DNA of 64,000 nucleotides from Anthoceros angustus (GCA_010909165.1 MU008166.1:1116001-1180000), one strand, 5' to 3'. Shown: positions 35,241 through 48,903, counted from the stretch's first letter. Notes: a model not told the origin generated them from the letters alone. A program made the numbers and translations.

Positions 35241-36382
35241 ATCTGCCTATTGGGGTCAATGCTAATGTGGGGCACATGTAGGCCTGTACACCTGTGTGTA
35301 CACTCCCACATGAGCACCACTCAGCGATGACCCCAACCTGCACAATAGCTGTTAGTATGTATGACCACTGAGTCCCTGGATCAGTTAGTGGCCCAGTTCA
35401 GTGTCTTAAACATACATAACAGTTCGTCCAACATGTCAACTGGTTGAGGACAATCGAGCAACACTTCAGGTGCAGTCTTCACTTCTGAGCTAAAGGAAAA
35501 GGATCGTTTTAATGGAACTAAGTACCAGGTGTGGCGACCGAGTGTACTCTCTCCACAAAACTGATACCTTCACCAACTCACCGGCATTGTCCAGCGCAGA
35601 ACCCGCCTCTGGCACTTGAATATTTTTATCTTTCCAATAATCATCCAACTTCCTGTGCCACCCTCCTTTGCCATTCTTATAACCTCTTCCTCCTCCTTGG
35701 TGGGCTCACGAAGAAGGAGAACCGATTGAACCTTTCTTGGAATCTTCGCTTGAAGGCCGCGAGACCACCATTTCCAAGATGGGAGTGTGGCTTGGGCACA
35801 GGAGCTGCCCCTGCTTGGAATGGAAGCGGAGGAGTTTGCATCGCGAGTGGCTAGTGGAAACGCCCAGGAGGTGGTGCGCAAGGCTGAAGGGAGGACTTAC
35901 AGATGCATCTTAATGATCACAACACACGGGAGACAGCAGAAAGGGACGGTTGTCGTCCAGCCCGCGGTGCCCATGCTGCCGAAGGAGGTGAAGCTCAGGT
36001 GGGACCAAGGGCAAGGAGTCGGGGTAGGACGGGTGGTGGCCCAAGCGGGGATGGCCGTCGTAGAACGGAAGGCGGTGGAGGAGGCGGGGAGTGCCATGGA
36101 TGACGGGAAGGACGTTGCCATGCGGTCTGTGAGCCGCGACGCGAGCAGCAGAAAGGGACGGTTGTCGTCCAGTGCGGACATGGCGTCGAAAGTGGAAGCG
36201 GGGTGACCAAGGTGGGTGCCTCCAACGCCGAATGCTCGGATGCGGGCTACTGGAGGCGGCGACGCGGCCGAACGGGACAGGAGGGCAATGTGCCACGGAA
36301 TGTGAAGCACTGTGGAGGCAATTTAGGGCACGCTGAAAGCTCTCCGGCAGGTGATGGAGGGCCTGGAGGATGACGCGCAGTA

Positions 36383-38075
36383 GGCTTGGTCCTCATGCCT
36401 TGTGCTTGGGCAGGCAGTAGGTTTTAGCATTTTAGGTCAAGCATGCGCCGTGGGAAGGCCCTTGATGAGATAGGGTTTGATGCAAAATTTGTGCAACTGC
36501 GATGTGCGAGTGGACATCATTTTGGTCAATGGAATAGCTCCTTCACATTAATTTCAGCTCTTTGTAGGGACCGCAAACATTCTTGGTAAGGTTGTTGGTA
36601 CGCTATGGTGGTGGTGGTGTGCCTAATTCACTGCAAATGCCGGTGATTGTTAGCGATGGTAGCGATCTTGCAATATGTGGTGCTGCCGTTTGGAAACGTC
36701 AGCCTTTATGGTAGAGGACAACGAGGAGGTGCCTTCTCGGTATCACCAGCAGCCTGCGAGTCTGGGCAAGGTAACAACATACAATTTTGCAGCGTGCGCA
36801 CGTCTTTGGTCGCTTGTGGCCTGAATATTTCTGTAGTTTAATCTGAACGGTCGTCTTCATCCTTGGGAGCAGGTTGAAGAAGATGCATTGGTCACGGTAT
36901 TCTTCATTTGCAATTGCAATGGGCTGGAGGATGGCCTTGATGAGGGCTTGGTCCTCATGCCTTGTGCTTGGAGCCAGTGAGTTTTGGCATTTTGGTAGGG
37001 CAAGCATGCGCCGTGGGAAGGCCCTTGATGAGATAGGGTTTGATGCAAAATTTGTGCAACTGCGATGTGTCACGTGGACATCATTTTTGGTCAATGGAAT
37101 AGCTCCCTTCACTAATTTCAGCTCTTTGTAGGGACCGCAAACATTCTTGGTAAGGTTGTTGGTACGCTATGGTGGTGGTGGTGTGCCTAATTCTGCAAAT
37201 GCCGCCAGTTGTGTGAGTTACGATGGGGCGATGGTCACGATCTTTTGCAATATGTGGTGCCGCCGTTTGGAAACGTCGACCTTTATGGTAGAGGACAACG
37301 AGGAGGTGCCTTCTCGGTATCACCAAGACTGCGAGTGCAAGGTAACAACATACAATTTGCAGCGTCGCACGTCTTTGGTCGCTTGTGGCACGAATATTTC
37401 TGTAGTTTAATCAATACCGCCTTCATCCTTGGGAGCAAAGTTGAAGAAGATGCATTAGTCACGGTATTCTTCATTTGCAATTGCAATGGGCTGGAGGATG
37501 GCCTTGATGAGGGCTTGGTCCTCATGCCTTGTGCTTGGAGCCAGTGAGTTTTGGCATTTTGGTAGGGCAAGCATGCGCCGTGGGAAGGCCCTTGATGAGA
37601 TAGGGTTTGATGCAAAAGTGCAACTGCGATGTGTGCAGTGGACATCATTTTTTGGTCAATGGAATAGCTCCCCTTCCCTGTTAATTTCAGCTCTTTGTAG
37701 GGACCGCAAACATTCTTGGTAAGGTTGTTGGTACGTTGCGGTGGTGGTGGTGGTGTGCCTAATTGCTGCAAATGCCGCCAGTTGTGTGAGTTACGATGGG
37801 GCGATGGTCACGATCTTTTGCAATATGTGGTGCTGCCGTTTGGAAACGTCAGCCTTTATGGTAGAGGACAACGAGGAGGTGCCTTCTCGGTATCACCAAG
37901 CATCATGATGCAAAGGTAACAACATACAATTTTGCAGCGTGCGCACGTCTTTGGTCGCTTGTGGCCTGAATATTTCTGTAGTTTAATCTGAACGGTCGTC
38001 TTCATCCTTGGGAGCAGGTTGAAGAAGATGCATTGGTCACGGTATTCTTCATTTGCAATTGCAATGGGCCTGGAG
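36383..38075. repeat. tandem repeat, 3 copies of a ~565-bp unit
   Basis: GGCTTGGTCCTCATGCC recurs at 36383, 36945 and 37512, with colinear units. Confidence 0.9.
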
Positions 38076-38299
38076 CAGGACATTAGGAGCGAGCACTGGT
38101 CTGCTTCCACCCTGCCCCCGCTTCACCAATGCGGCGATTGATTTGTCTCTGGAGTCTGCACTCCTGTCAACAAACTTGGGCCGGTCGGGATGTCCGTCCT
38201 ATTGTGAGGTCTGTATTCCTTGCCTGTTGGTATGTTTCTTTGAGCTATCATTTCAGTACGCTAAGGTTGCTCCTGCTTCAGAGTGCCCCGCTAAGCCTA

Positions 38300-39000
38300 C
38301 ATGTTAGCATTCCATGTAATGCAAGGAACACTTTATACAAGGAGTTCCTTGCAACCTGCTGTGATCTGCCACTGAATTACACCAGGAAGGCGAATGTTGT
38401 AGTTTCATCAATTCGGAGATGGGGCTGCTGCTTTTCACATGTAACAAACATAGTAAGTTGCAGGGCAACATGTTATTTTGAAGGTGGAAACAACTGGAAA
38501 AGGTACTGTCAAACCAACTCTATGCATTCTCCTAATCAAAAGTTTCTGAAGACCATGCACCACTCTTGTAAGAAATGAAGGCATGCACCAATCATGCAAT
38601 GACCAATCACGCATCAATGTTATCAAAGACCGTGCACCACTCGCTGAGCCTTTGTCATGCATCGGATTGGCGTGATCCTGTGAGCTACCATTTCTGGCCC
38701 TTCTCCTCTTCATCAGAGCCTTCACGAGCTCCCTCATTGGTGCAGATGGTGGAAGCCCAAGTCGTGCTGTGCCTAAGGATGCAATTTAGGATTGGCTGAT
38801 GGCCAGGTGCAGTAAACTGAAAGGTCTCTATGTATAGCAGACTTGGTAGTATGGAAGGGCTGCAATCATGGTGTTGTTGAAGGACTTGGGCATGATGTGG
38901 GGATTGAAATTGTATGGACGATATTTAGTGCACCCAAAACTGTAATGAGATGCCGCATGAAGGCCACCTTTAGTAAAGATGTGAAGGCGGCTTCCATGTT
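38300..39000 (-). pseudogene. degenerate L1-like LINE reverse transcriptase fragment
   Basis: Minus strand: MPKSFNNTMIAALP, ELVKAL..RR, FDNI..IA.LVH, FD.ENA, in L1 RT domain order. Confidence 0.5.
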
Positions 39001-39735
39001 ACTGTTGGCCATCCCCTCTTCTTGTTTCGACCAGGATCCTGGTTCTTCCTGTTTGCAAGAGGATCGTGCTTCTTAATGTTTCCAGCATCGCGGGTTCCCT
39101 AACAAATACACCATCGCAAAGTCCCTAGCTGCGAAGACAGGGACACGGCTGTAGGCATGTGCATGGTTCGCAAACCATGGCCGTGCCGGCGGCCGCGGCC
39201 GTCATTGCCTGCGAAGACCATGCCAGCAGCTGAGGTAGGGTTTGGCAACCAGATGGGGCGGCCGGGTTAGGGTTTGGCGGCCAAGTTAGGGTTTGGCGGC
39301 CATGGGATAGCATCGAAGAAAACTTAATCGAAGAAGGTAGGGCAGAAGACTCTGAAAACATAGCGTCCCGGCTCTTTGTTCTCAAAGTTGGAAGGACAAA
39401 AAAAAATTTGAAGCAGACAATCCGATTCGAGGAGGAAAAGTGTGTCCCCCTTGGTCCTTGGCCGCTCTTGGTTAGGGCGCCAAAGCTGAGAAAACAATCC
39501 GTATAGGGTATATTCCTCAAGATGCTTACGCCTTCTATGGCTTTCGCGAGAAAAAAAATGCCCCATCCCCTCTGTCCTCTTTGGTATGCCATATAAAAGC
39601 CCCACGCGGCTACTCTGAATTAAATCCACGATAAGTGCACTCACTATAAAAACATCTTTTCCGCCAGCCTGTTTTGTTCTGGCCCCATTGCGCGTAGTGA
39701 ATTCGGGAGGAATTTGGTTACTCCCAAACATCGGG

Positions 39736-42700
39736 ATGGAAGAGGCCCGCGATCGGAGGCCGGATGCGTTGGGTAATCTGCAGTACTTGCCTGACGAGGG
39801 TCTTTGCCGGATCGTGAGCTTTCTAGCTCCCAAGGATGTTGGGACATTGGCTTGTGTGAGCAGGTAAGCGTGGGGTGTGAATCTCAGCTCGATCCGAGCT
39901 CGCTTATTCTGTGCTGGGTCGATTTTCTGTTGGAAATGATGGGAGGAGTTCTGTAGGTTGTCGATGTATAGCCTTGTGAGTTGCAGCTTACACCATGTAG
40001 CCAGCTTTTCTGGAGTCCACGGATCCGTTTCACCTCAGAACCTTGGTACAGGTCTCAGCTGTTTTGCCTTCAATTCATGAATTTGAGGGGCGTGGTGGGG
40101 TCACACAGAACAGCTAGTGTAGATTCGTTGACGTATACAAGCATGTAGTCTTGATCTCATGGTTGCTTGAGATTGCAGTATCTTCTACGTTATTTGCAAC
40201 GAAGAGCCTCTGTGGATGGACTTGTGCATGGAGAATCACAGTGGCCTGATTGAGTACAAAGGTTCATGGAAGCTTACAACTTTGGAGAAGTATGTAGCTC
40301 AAATCTCATCGACATCATGCACGGGAAAAGAGACTACGGGTGTTTGTTTTGAACGAGCAGCATGGTTACCCCTGTCCTGACCAGCTTTTGTTGCTTGACC
40401 CGTTGGGTTTTACAGGTTGGGTCTGGTGAAGAACTTGCCAACCCTGTATAACAAGGCTCCATTGCACTTCGATGGTGGGTGTTTTCCTTGTTGAGGGTTC
40501 CGTCTCTCTTATGACGAGGGATGCTGGAAATTAAGGGCACCTGCAAATCATTGACTCCTTCCATTTGGATGACCTTTAGCCAATGTGGGTACTTTGCTGA
40601 ATTGGAGATACGTGTCACCTGCAGGCTTTAGCTCCCTCTTCCTTTACCGTCGATGGTATCGATGTCACGTAGTTCTGGAAGGCTTTGTGGCTCCTGAAGC
40701 TATTGAGCGCCGGGAAAAAGTTACTCCAGAAGAGTTCAGTTTGCTGTATGACGGGAAAAGACCTGTAAGATCTCTGCTCACCTGGCTTTTCTGTATGACT
40801 GTAGCCTTAGGGGACGAGGTGCTTACAGCCACACGCGGCAGGTTGTGCTTACTGACCTAACTGAGGAATGGCCAGCCAAAGTCTGCTGGTCTATGGATCA
40901 GCTGGTTGACAAATACGGAGATATTGCTTTTAAAGTTGGTCAGTCACATGGCAAGAAAGTTATGATGAAGTTGAAAGACTATGCTACGTATATGGCCCAG
41001 CAGCATGATGAGGAACCACTTTACGTATTTGACCCTAAGGTAAGATCATGCTCCCTTGTCCCTGATGTTGCCTGGATGGAAAGTGATATTGTTTGTCCAC
41101 ACCAATAGCTGATGCTCTTTGGCAACCTTGATGGGGCAAGATTCCTATCATGTAATCCTCACTCACGTGCATCTGACAGTTTGGGAAGTATGCCCCAGCA
41201 CTGTTGGAGGACTACAAGGTGCCATCATTATTTTCTGAAGATCTTCTGGGACTATTAGATGAGGGGCGTCCTCCTTTTCGCTGGCTGGTAATTGGACCTT
41301 GTAGATCTGGGGCGTCATGGCATGTGGATCCTGCTCTCACAAGTGCCTGGAATACGTTGTTATGTGGTCGCAAGAGGTAGGCAACCCAGTAGTCATATCT
41401 GAAGCCTTGAATACGTGCTTGACTGTCGAGCAAGAAGAACCATAGGTTGTGCCTCTACAGTCCCATTTGAACAGGAATTATTGCTGGTGGTATGTTTGAT
41501 GTCATAAATGTTAAGAACCTGAATGGATTATGGTATGGGAATTTTGAGCATACAGATGGGCTCTGTACCCTCCTGGGAGAGTGCCACCAGCTGTGACCGT
41601 GCATGTCGATGAAGACGATGGTGATATCGACTTTGATGGGCCCACTTCTCTGCAGGTGCTGACATCGCCATAGGTGTCATATGGTTGCTGTTTGCATGGG
41701 CTGCACCCATTAGAGTTCAAGACTAAATCACTTTTAGTTCTTCGCAGTGGTGGATGGATGTATATCCTTCACTGAAGGACGAGGACAAGCCTATGGAGTG
41801 TATTCAACACCCAGGAGAAACAATTTTTGTTCCAAGTGGATGGTGGCACTGTATTTTGAACATAGATACGACAGTAGCTGTGACTCAAAACTTTGTGAAT
41901 AAAACAAACCTGGAGCTGGTGTGCTTGGACATGGCTCCAGGGTACCGGCACAGGGGTATTGCTCGGGCAGGAAACATTGCCCTGTCTGAGGTGTCCATCA
42001 TCCACAAGGGCGGTCTGGCAGGCTCTGATGGAAATGTTGGGCCAGCTACTGAGTTGGAAACTGCTTCAGCCCACTGCAAACCTGGTGCTCCAGGGTTTGT
42101 CTCCCTTGCTCCTTCACCTACTGGCAGAGATGCAAATGGAAGCGGTGTTATTAGAACTTCTGTGGGCAGGGGAATATCTGAAGCTGATGCTCAGCTTCAC
42201 TACTCTTCATTTGTTGACTTCAGCATCTTGTCATCACATATCGAAGAGCATCCTGATCATTTCACCTCCAAAGGCAGTAGTGGCTACTTGGGGCCACGGC
42301 TTTTACGCCTGTGGCTTTGCAAGCTGTGGACAGCCAGGCCTGACCTCCAGCCGCTTATATGGAAGGTATCCTTTCATATATGCTTATTGAGATCTGAAGC
42401 AGTGCACATGCTGTTGTGTTTGCTGATCTACAGATACTATGATAGTCGGCTTGCAGGGTGCTTGATTCGGACACATGGTTGCAGCGTGTAACCAGCATCT
42501 GTGAGGCTTACGGCTTCCCTGGCCCAGATGGAGTGGAGCAGTTACCAGTGGGGGATGGGAGCAATCCTGTAAGAGATTCTAATGTCAGATATCAGCATGT
42601 GGGATAGTGGTTCTGCTGGCTTTCGGCTTGGTTTTTCTGTCATGCCCTTGGCCCCTTCCTAATTGAAGTGCTTCCACAGGTCTTTCTGGTTGGTGATAAA

Positions 42701-44576
42701 GTCATAAAGTTTTATGTGGAGGATGGTCTCCAAGGGTCTGTAAACGTTCTAGGTTCTGAGGTGCTCAAAGCTTTTATCTTCTGTAGTTTCTGTGCCTTGG
42801 TGCTATTTGACCTTTGTAGGCGTTGGGTTTACTCGATGGGTTTTAATATCTGAATGTCCCACCAGCTGGAGTTTTATGCCCTGATCAGGGAGAGTAAGTC
42901 GCAGCTGGAGAAACACATTCCGGCTCTTATAGGCAGCGGAATCATTCACCCTGATGGGGAGAAGTTCAAAGCTGTACCTTGGGATGGTGTTGGTGAAATC
43001 CCTCCTGCTGAAGGACAGGAGACTACTTTGATAAAGAAGCGTACAAGGGAGAGAGAGAAGCAGGATCAAAGAATCCGGACAAAGTGGTCTAGGTTTGCTG
43101 AAAGAGCTGCTGATGAGCAGGAAGGTGTTGGTAAAAAGGCCCTCTTCTGCCCTTACATCATCATGGAGCGCTGCATGGGAAAGAATCTCGCGGAAGTGTA
43201 AGAATCATAGCGATTGCCTTGTGTAGACGTCACTTCTGGACCTGGATTTGATGCAGTTCTGGCAGCTCAGCCCTGTAAACTTGTAACATATGCCGTGGCT
43301 GTAAGATTGTACAGGCGAAAGGATCTCACAAGTGGAGACATGATGGAAGTCGCATCCTTTCTGGGTCAGCAAGTTCGGAACCTTCACAGTGCACCCCTTC
43401 CAGATGGGCTTTTGGAGAAAGACAATGGGAGCTTTGTAGGTGAGGCGATGTGCACACATGTGAAAGAGAGCAGGCACGGAGATGTGAGTTCGCATGAAAG
43501 GAATCCTGTGGCAACAACTCCAGTTAGGAACAGTGAGGAGAGGGTAAAACCTGGTGGCAAATGGACCTGCACAGTGCCTTGGGAATGGCAAAATTTTGTA
43601 CGTTTTTTGCGAGAGAAGAGGGAACAGATTACTGACAGACTTGACGAATGGTACATATCTTGCTACTACTAAGATGTGGCTGTAAAGGTTATACGTCATG
43701 CTCCTTGATGCTGAATGTAGCCCATCTGTGAGCAGGGAAATGATTCCAGACCATCTGACGAAACAAGTTGACTTTTACCTTCCAAAAGATCCAGCAACTG
43801 TGATTGATTTCCTCAGGGTTTGTATGTTTGATGTCCTTTAGAGCACAATTGACTGCTACTTAAGTGCATTCACCTAGAGTCCAATAATCACTAGTCATTT
43901 TTTGCAGATTGAAGGCGGCAGAGCCACATCTGTACGGCACCCAGTTTGGATACACATGGACATTATGCTGGACAACGTCCAAATGGCCCCAAACCTTGAG
44001 GCAGAAAATGGGAAGTCTGTCGGAGGACAGGGAAGGGCCAGCCACATCATAGATTTGGGCGACCTCAATCTGGGTTGGTATCACCTTATCCTTGGTGGTG
44101 TTAAAGGTGAAGCAGTAGTTGCATGCATGCTGACTTGAGAAAATGCACGCAGGGGATCCTTTATACGACTTCATAGCAATATACTTGGACATTTTCAGAG
44201 GAGACGTCCCCTTGATGCAAAGGTTCTTACAGGAGTACGATCTGCCAGTCTGGGCGGGATCAGAAGGCGGGCCTCGATTGTCCTACAAAGCAATGTATGT
44301 GGAGAAAGAATGATGCGTAGAGGCTGATTGAGAGCAATGCAGGGCAAGGGTTGTGGTAACAACAATCGTGTGGTGTTTGCTGCTGGCAGGTGCTACGTTC
44401 TATTGTACAGGCTTCGGGCCGGGAAAGTGCTGTTCCAGGTGAAGGAAGCCCTGCGAAGTGTCCCAACGTGGGAGGAGATTGAAGGGCAAGTGTTCGGGTT
44501 CCTCAACGACTGGCAGCAGCAGCAGACTTGTGGAGAGCGGGGCAATGGGCATGGAATCCACAGGCAGCAGCGATGA
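39736..44576 (+). CDS. JMJ21: F-box + JmjC (JMJD6-like) + C-terminal APH/choline-kinase-like domain protein, ~15 exons
   Basis: Exon 1 39736-39863 MEEARDRRPDALGNLQYLPDE (F-box, like At1g78280 RDRRPDALG). Exons 40179-40289, 40416-40474, 40625-40764, 40842-41039, 41180-41376 (GASWHVDP HxD), 41556-41655, 41748-42365 (VPSGWWH), then later exons with WIHMDIMLDNV / IIDLGD. Stop at 44576. One apparent frame problem near 42458. Confidence 0.9.
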
Positions 44577-45584
44577 GAAGACTTGTGCCCGTCCTTTCTT
44601 CATGATCCCCGTTTATGCTCGCCAATCTTAGATCTGCTTGACAAACCTGAGTGATGGGTCTTGAAGAAAAGAAGTGATCCTAGGAACATCAGACACAGTT
44701 TTGAACCATCATTCCGTTGTGGATCAGATCAGATGGAGATATGTCTCATCCAAGAGGTCTTATGTTGGTGACGGTGAATAAAAGTGACGTGATTTAAGAC
44801 CTTCCTTCCCGGTACATATCCAGGGCAAATATCTTGGATTTTGACTTCATGTGATTAGTGCACAGGTACCCGGAAACGCTTGGCACACCACTGGATTTAA
44901 TTACTTGACCAACCAGGGCGGAATGTCGGGTTTCATCCCATGGATTCTTTTGATGGCGAAGATATCATTTTCCATCCACGTAAATTTTGAAAGAGCCTCC
45001 GAGTACATTCTCCGAAGTCAACACTTTCTCCATGAAGTTCTGGCCTTTTTTTTCATTTTTTTTTCAGCAGAAAAATTTATGGATGTCAAACAACCATATT
45101 ACATATAATGTTCTTCATGTTTCCACCTTTAAATTTGCATCTGGGAGAATTGAGCTGAAATAAAGTCTTCTGCCGTGCATTCTGGTTAAAATAAAGTTTT
45201 GCGTTGTGTAGTCTCGCATCACTTGAACATGGTACATATCTAGCTCCACATCGAAGACCTTTCGACTTTTTGACTATGCCAGCTTGTTGGCTGCCTCCCC
45301 TTCCTCTAACATGTGCCGCCGCTGTAATCGGCATTCCTCGAAGACAGGAGACCAAGACACAAAGGGCACGGAAGGATGGAATGCGAGAGAGAGTCTTGAT
45401 TCTTGGGAACGGGCCGAAGTAGCCCCCGCTCCTGTCCGTGCACGTGTCCTTTTCTCCTTGACCGAGAATCTGAGTCTGGTTACTAGCTAGCTAGGTTAGT
45501 GTCGAGCAGGAGGCCCTATAGGGCCATGCAAGAAGAAGGAATCGTTTCAGTGGAGCCTGTGATTTTTGTGTCCCTGCTGTGTGG

Positions 45585-46552
45585 GCAAGTGTGGGCACAC
45601 TGGCATTGGAGAGGGGGACGGAGCTTCAAGTCCAAGCCCCTCAAAATAGCTGACACCTGTACCAAGGTCCTGAGGTGAAACGGATCCGTGGACTCCAAAA
45701 AAGATGCGTATGTGTTGTAAGCTACAACTCACAAGGTTATGCATCGACAACCTAGAAAACTTCACCCATCATTTCCAACACAACAGTATATTTAAGCGAC
45801 CTCGGATCATGAGATTCACATCCCAAGGTGTCAATGTATTTGAAATTTTAGTCTCAAGTAAATATTTAAATAATATATCAAATAGGTCTGATAGGTGAGC
45901 GGTGCGCGGAGCGCGGTGCGGTCTACGGTGGGCCTGTCCCAAGGGTTGAGGGCGTGCTTTGTGGTGGGGTATCTGTGGCTCCGTCGCGCTGAGCATGGGG
46001 TGTTAGGGTTGATATCGCAGTGGGCGTGGGGTGGACGAGGTGGCGGTGAGGACACGATCTAGGGTTTTGGTGCAAGTGTGGGCACACTGGCATTGGAGAG
46101 GGGGACGGAGCTTCAAGTCCAAGCCCCTCAAAATAGCTGACACCTGTACCAAGGTCCTGAGGTGAAACGGATCCGTGGACTCCAAAAAAGATGCGTATGT
46201 GTTGTAAGCTACAACTCACAAGGTTATGCATCGACAACCTAGAAAACTTCACCCATCATTTCCAACACAACAGAATATTTAAGCGACCTCGGATCGAGCT
46301 GAGATTCACATCCCAAGCAGGTCAATGTATTTGAAATTTTAGTCTCAAGTAAATATTTAAATAATATATCAAATAGGTCTGATAGGTGAGCGGTGCGCGG
46401 TGGTGCGGTCTGATGACTGTCCCAAGGGTTGAGGCGTGCTTTGTGGTGGGAGTGTCACGTGGCTCGCCGTCAGCATGGGGTGTTAGGGTTGATATCGCAG
46501 TGGGCGTGGGGTGGACGAGGTGGCGGTGAGGACACGATCTAGGGTTTTTGGT
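45585..46552. repeat. 487-bp tandem duplication containing an inverted copy of JMJ21 intron 1
   Basis: Units 45585-46071 and 46072-46552. The reverse complement of ~45625-45826 and ~46110-46316 aligns to 39870-40095 (shared GGAGTCCACGGATCCGTTTCACCTCAG.ACCTTGGTACAGGT). Confidence 0.9.
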
Positions 46553-46679
46553 GCGGCGGTTGTGGTGAGTGGTGTGGAGGAGGTCGCGGTTATTTTTTTT
46601 TTGTTGAGTTTTTGAGCATAAGGCTTTTATTGTCGCTAAGTGTAAAACAAATATATATGTAGATAACAGGGTCTCAATA

Positions 46680-47060
46680 TTGGAGACTAGATTACGTAGT
46701 GTTGAGGACAAATATGAAGACAACATGGTATATATATTCGAGACTAGAGTACATACTATTGAGGTGGAGAATATTTCCTTAAGGGAAAAATATGACTCTC
46801 TTTTGGTTAAGCACCAATCTTTAGCATGGGACTCGGAGAACGAGGAGGATGAGGAGGGCCAGGAGGAGGAGGAGGATGAGGTCAATTCCATAGTGGATGA
46901 TCTTATAGATAAGAGATTTGATAGTCAGAATGTTATCATTAGAAAATTGCAACAGGATCTTGATTCGGCAACCTCATGGGCTAAAGATTTTGAGGTGTCT
47001 TTCCAAGTAAAGTTTGATTCATTGCTTTTGCATGTCAATGCCTTGCAAATTCCTATTTGA
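46680..47060 (+). CDS. hypothetical acidic coiled-coil protein (probably TE accessory ORF)
   Basis: 126-aa open frame with heptad-like segments flanking ENEEDEEGQEEEEDE. No ATG start identified. Confidence 0.35.
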   Translation: METRLRSVEDKYEDNMVYIFETRVHTIEVENISLREKYDSLLVKHQSLAWDSENEEDEEGQEEEEDEVNSIVDDLIDKRFDSQNVIIRKLQQDLDSATSWAKDFEVSFQVKFDSLLLHVNALQIPI

Positions 47061-48782
47061 ATAGGAACAGCCAAAATGTGGTAACATGGTCATAGTTTTA
47101 ACCTTATTAATGTTATGAATTGCGTGCTAAACTTACGTCAACTTAAGGCTGGCCTTGATTGCCACGAAGCTTTTATGTTGAAGCTCACGATGGCCTCCCA
47201 AAACTGCTTCTTACTATGGGCTGTCCATGGCATTCAAACCTTCATCAAAAAGAGCCATTCGTATATCTAGTTTTGCGGCACCGAAATCTTTATCAAGGTG
47301 CCCAATATTGCAAGCAAGCGGCAATTATTAGGAGACCCCAATACTTTAGTGTAGATGAGACCATCCAATTTGTACACTTTACATAAAGAACTACTCATCA
47401 TATTATGATTTCAAGGATGATTTCAAGGACTATCAAACTACGTGAGCGTAAAACAAACCTAGACTTGTAGGATAAGAGGTTAGTCGAGAGAGACTTTGCG
47501 TTGTGGAATAGGTGGTTTGACCTACTTTGGGCTTTTCTTGTGAATACATAAGCATTGGGATTCTCATCTTATCTCCATTTTCAAATTTCATGGCCAAACG
47601 GAAAAAACATGACTACAATAATATAAATTAAACCACTAGCACAACAAAAATTAAGGCATAATAAAGCAAAAAGAATAAAACATAAAACATAAAACAAAAC
47701 AAAACCTCAAACAACAGTAAAACAATAGAGAGAACCTTGTGCATCTTTTGAATCTTTAGACATTTGGCTTGGGCCCGACTCAAGTGCACACCATACCACT
47801 TTCGTTCTCGCATTGCGCGAATCAAGAAGAGCATCGGTCAAGGAAGATATTATTGTGCCAAATGTCTAAGAAACAAAGTCTTGTAGGATTCCATAGAGTA
47901 TAGTCTTAGGATTGTGTAATGCAGTGAAAGGTTGATGCGCAAACAAGTTTGCACACCAAAATCACAGCAAGCCCTAAACACTCTAAATGTTTGTACACGT
48001 GCGGATTGTGAGAATGACCTTCTTTTAGGAAGGCTCAAAATTGGATAAAATTGAGAATCAAGTACGTTTGTGCACACGTAAACAAGACCTAAACTATTCA
48101 AAATGGTCTTTTTTAGTGCGGATTTTTTAGCATGCAATTTGGGGTTTGCGCAAGTGCGTGTGCAAAAGGTTCTTGGAGAAACCCTTTCTACCCGACGCTA
48201 TTCTTGGTAGAAACCCATGGGAGTTAATGATATCGATCCCCTTGCTCCTTCTTGTCCCGGTGGTAACACAATATCAAGGGGACGTCGCCGTGCATTGAAC
48301 TTGAGAATTTATGGTCTTGGTAATGACATTGTTGCACCACTTGTGGCTGCAAAGGAGTTTCTCAATAGGCTAGAGGTCGATGCGGTCGTTGCTCGAGCCT
48401 TGGCTTGGAAAGGATCTTTGGTAGAGACCGCATATTGATTATGACTTTTCACTCCATGGATGATCGCCTCCAGTTATGAAGGCTAGGTCTATGTTACGGA
48501 CGACTCTATATATCAATCGATCTTACACCATTGCAATGGAAGATTAAGAAGGAGAAGTTACCCGCCGTAGTCGGCTGCAAGTCAATGGCTTTCTTTCATG
48601 GGGATGAATTGGTGGTGTTTAGCCCTCGTTCACGCATTTCATTAACACTATTGATTGGTTGAAGATTATTTGTCTTATTTGAATTTTACCTTTGCATTCG
48701 TCTAGACCATTTTACCGCAATCTATGTAGTTGCCATATTTCAATCCTATGACGAATATTCGTCCTTAGTAGACTTAAACAAT

Positions 48783-48900
48783 TCCTCTTCTTCCTCGTCT
48801 TCCTCTTCTTCCTCGTCTTCCTCTTCTTCCTCTTCTTCCTCTTCTTCCTCTTCTTCCTCTTCTTCCTCTTCTTCCTCTTCTTCCTCTTCTTCCTCTTCTT
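48783..48900. repeat. (CTTCCTCTT)n 9-bp microsatellite
   Basis: About 13 tandem units, a few with CGT variants. Confidence 0.95.
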
Positions 48901-48903
48901 AGG

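Noticed and set aside
38560-38660. NB-ARC-like W..VFDNID motif
   Set aside because: No P-loop was found, and the surrounding motifs fit a LINE RT better.
2071-44576. Functional cluster of chromatin enzymes (DNMT, PHD, KDZ, JmjC)
   Set aside because: The components belong to independent insertions plus one host gene. Nothing in the sequence shows more than chance proximity.
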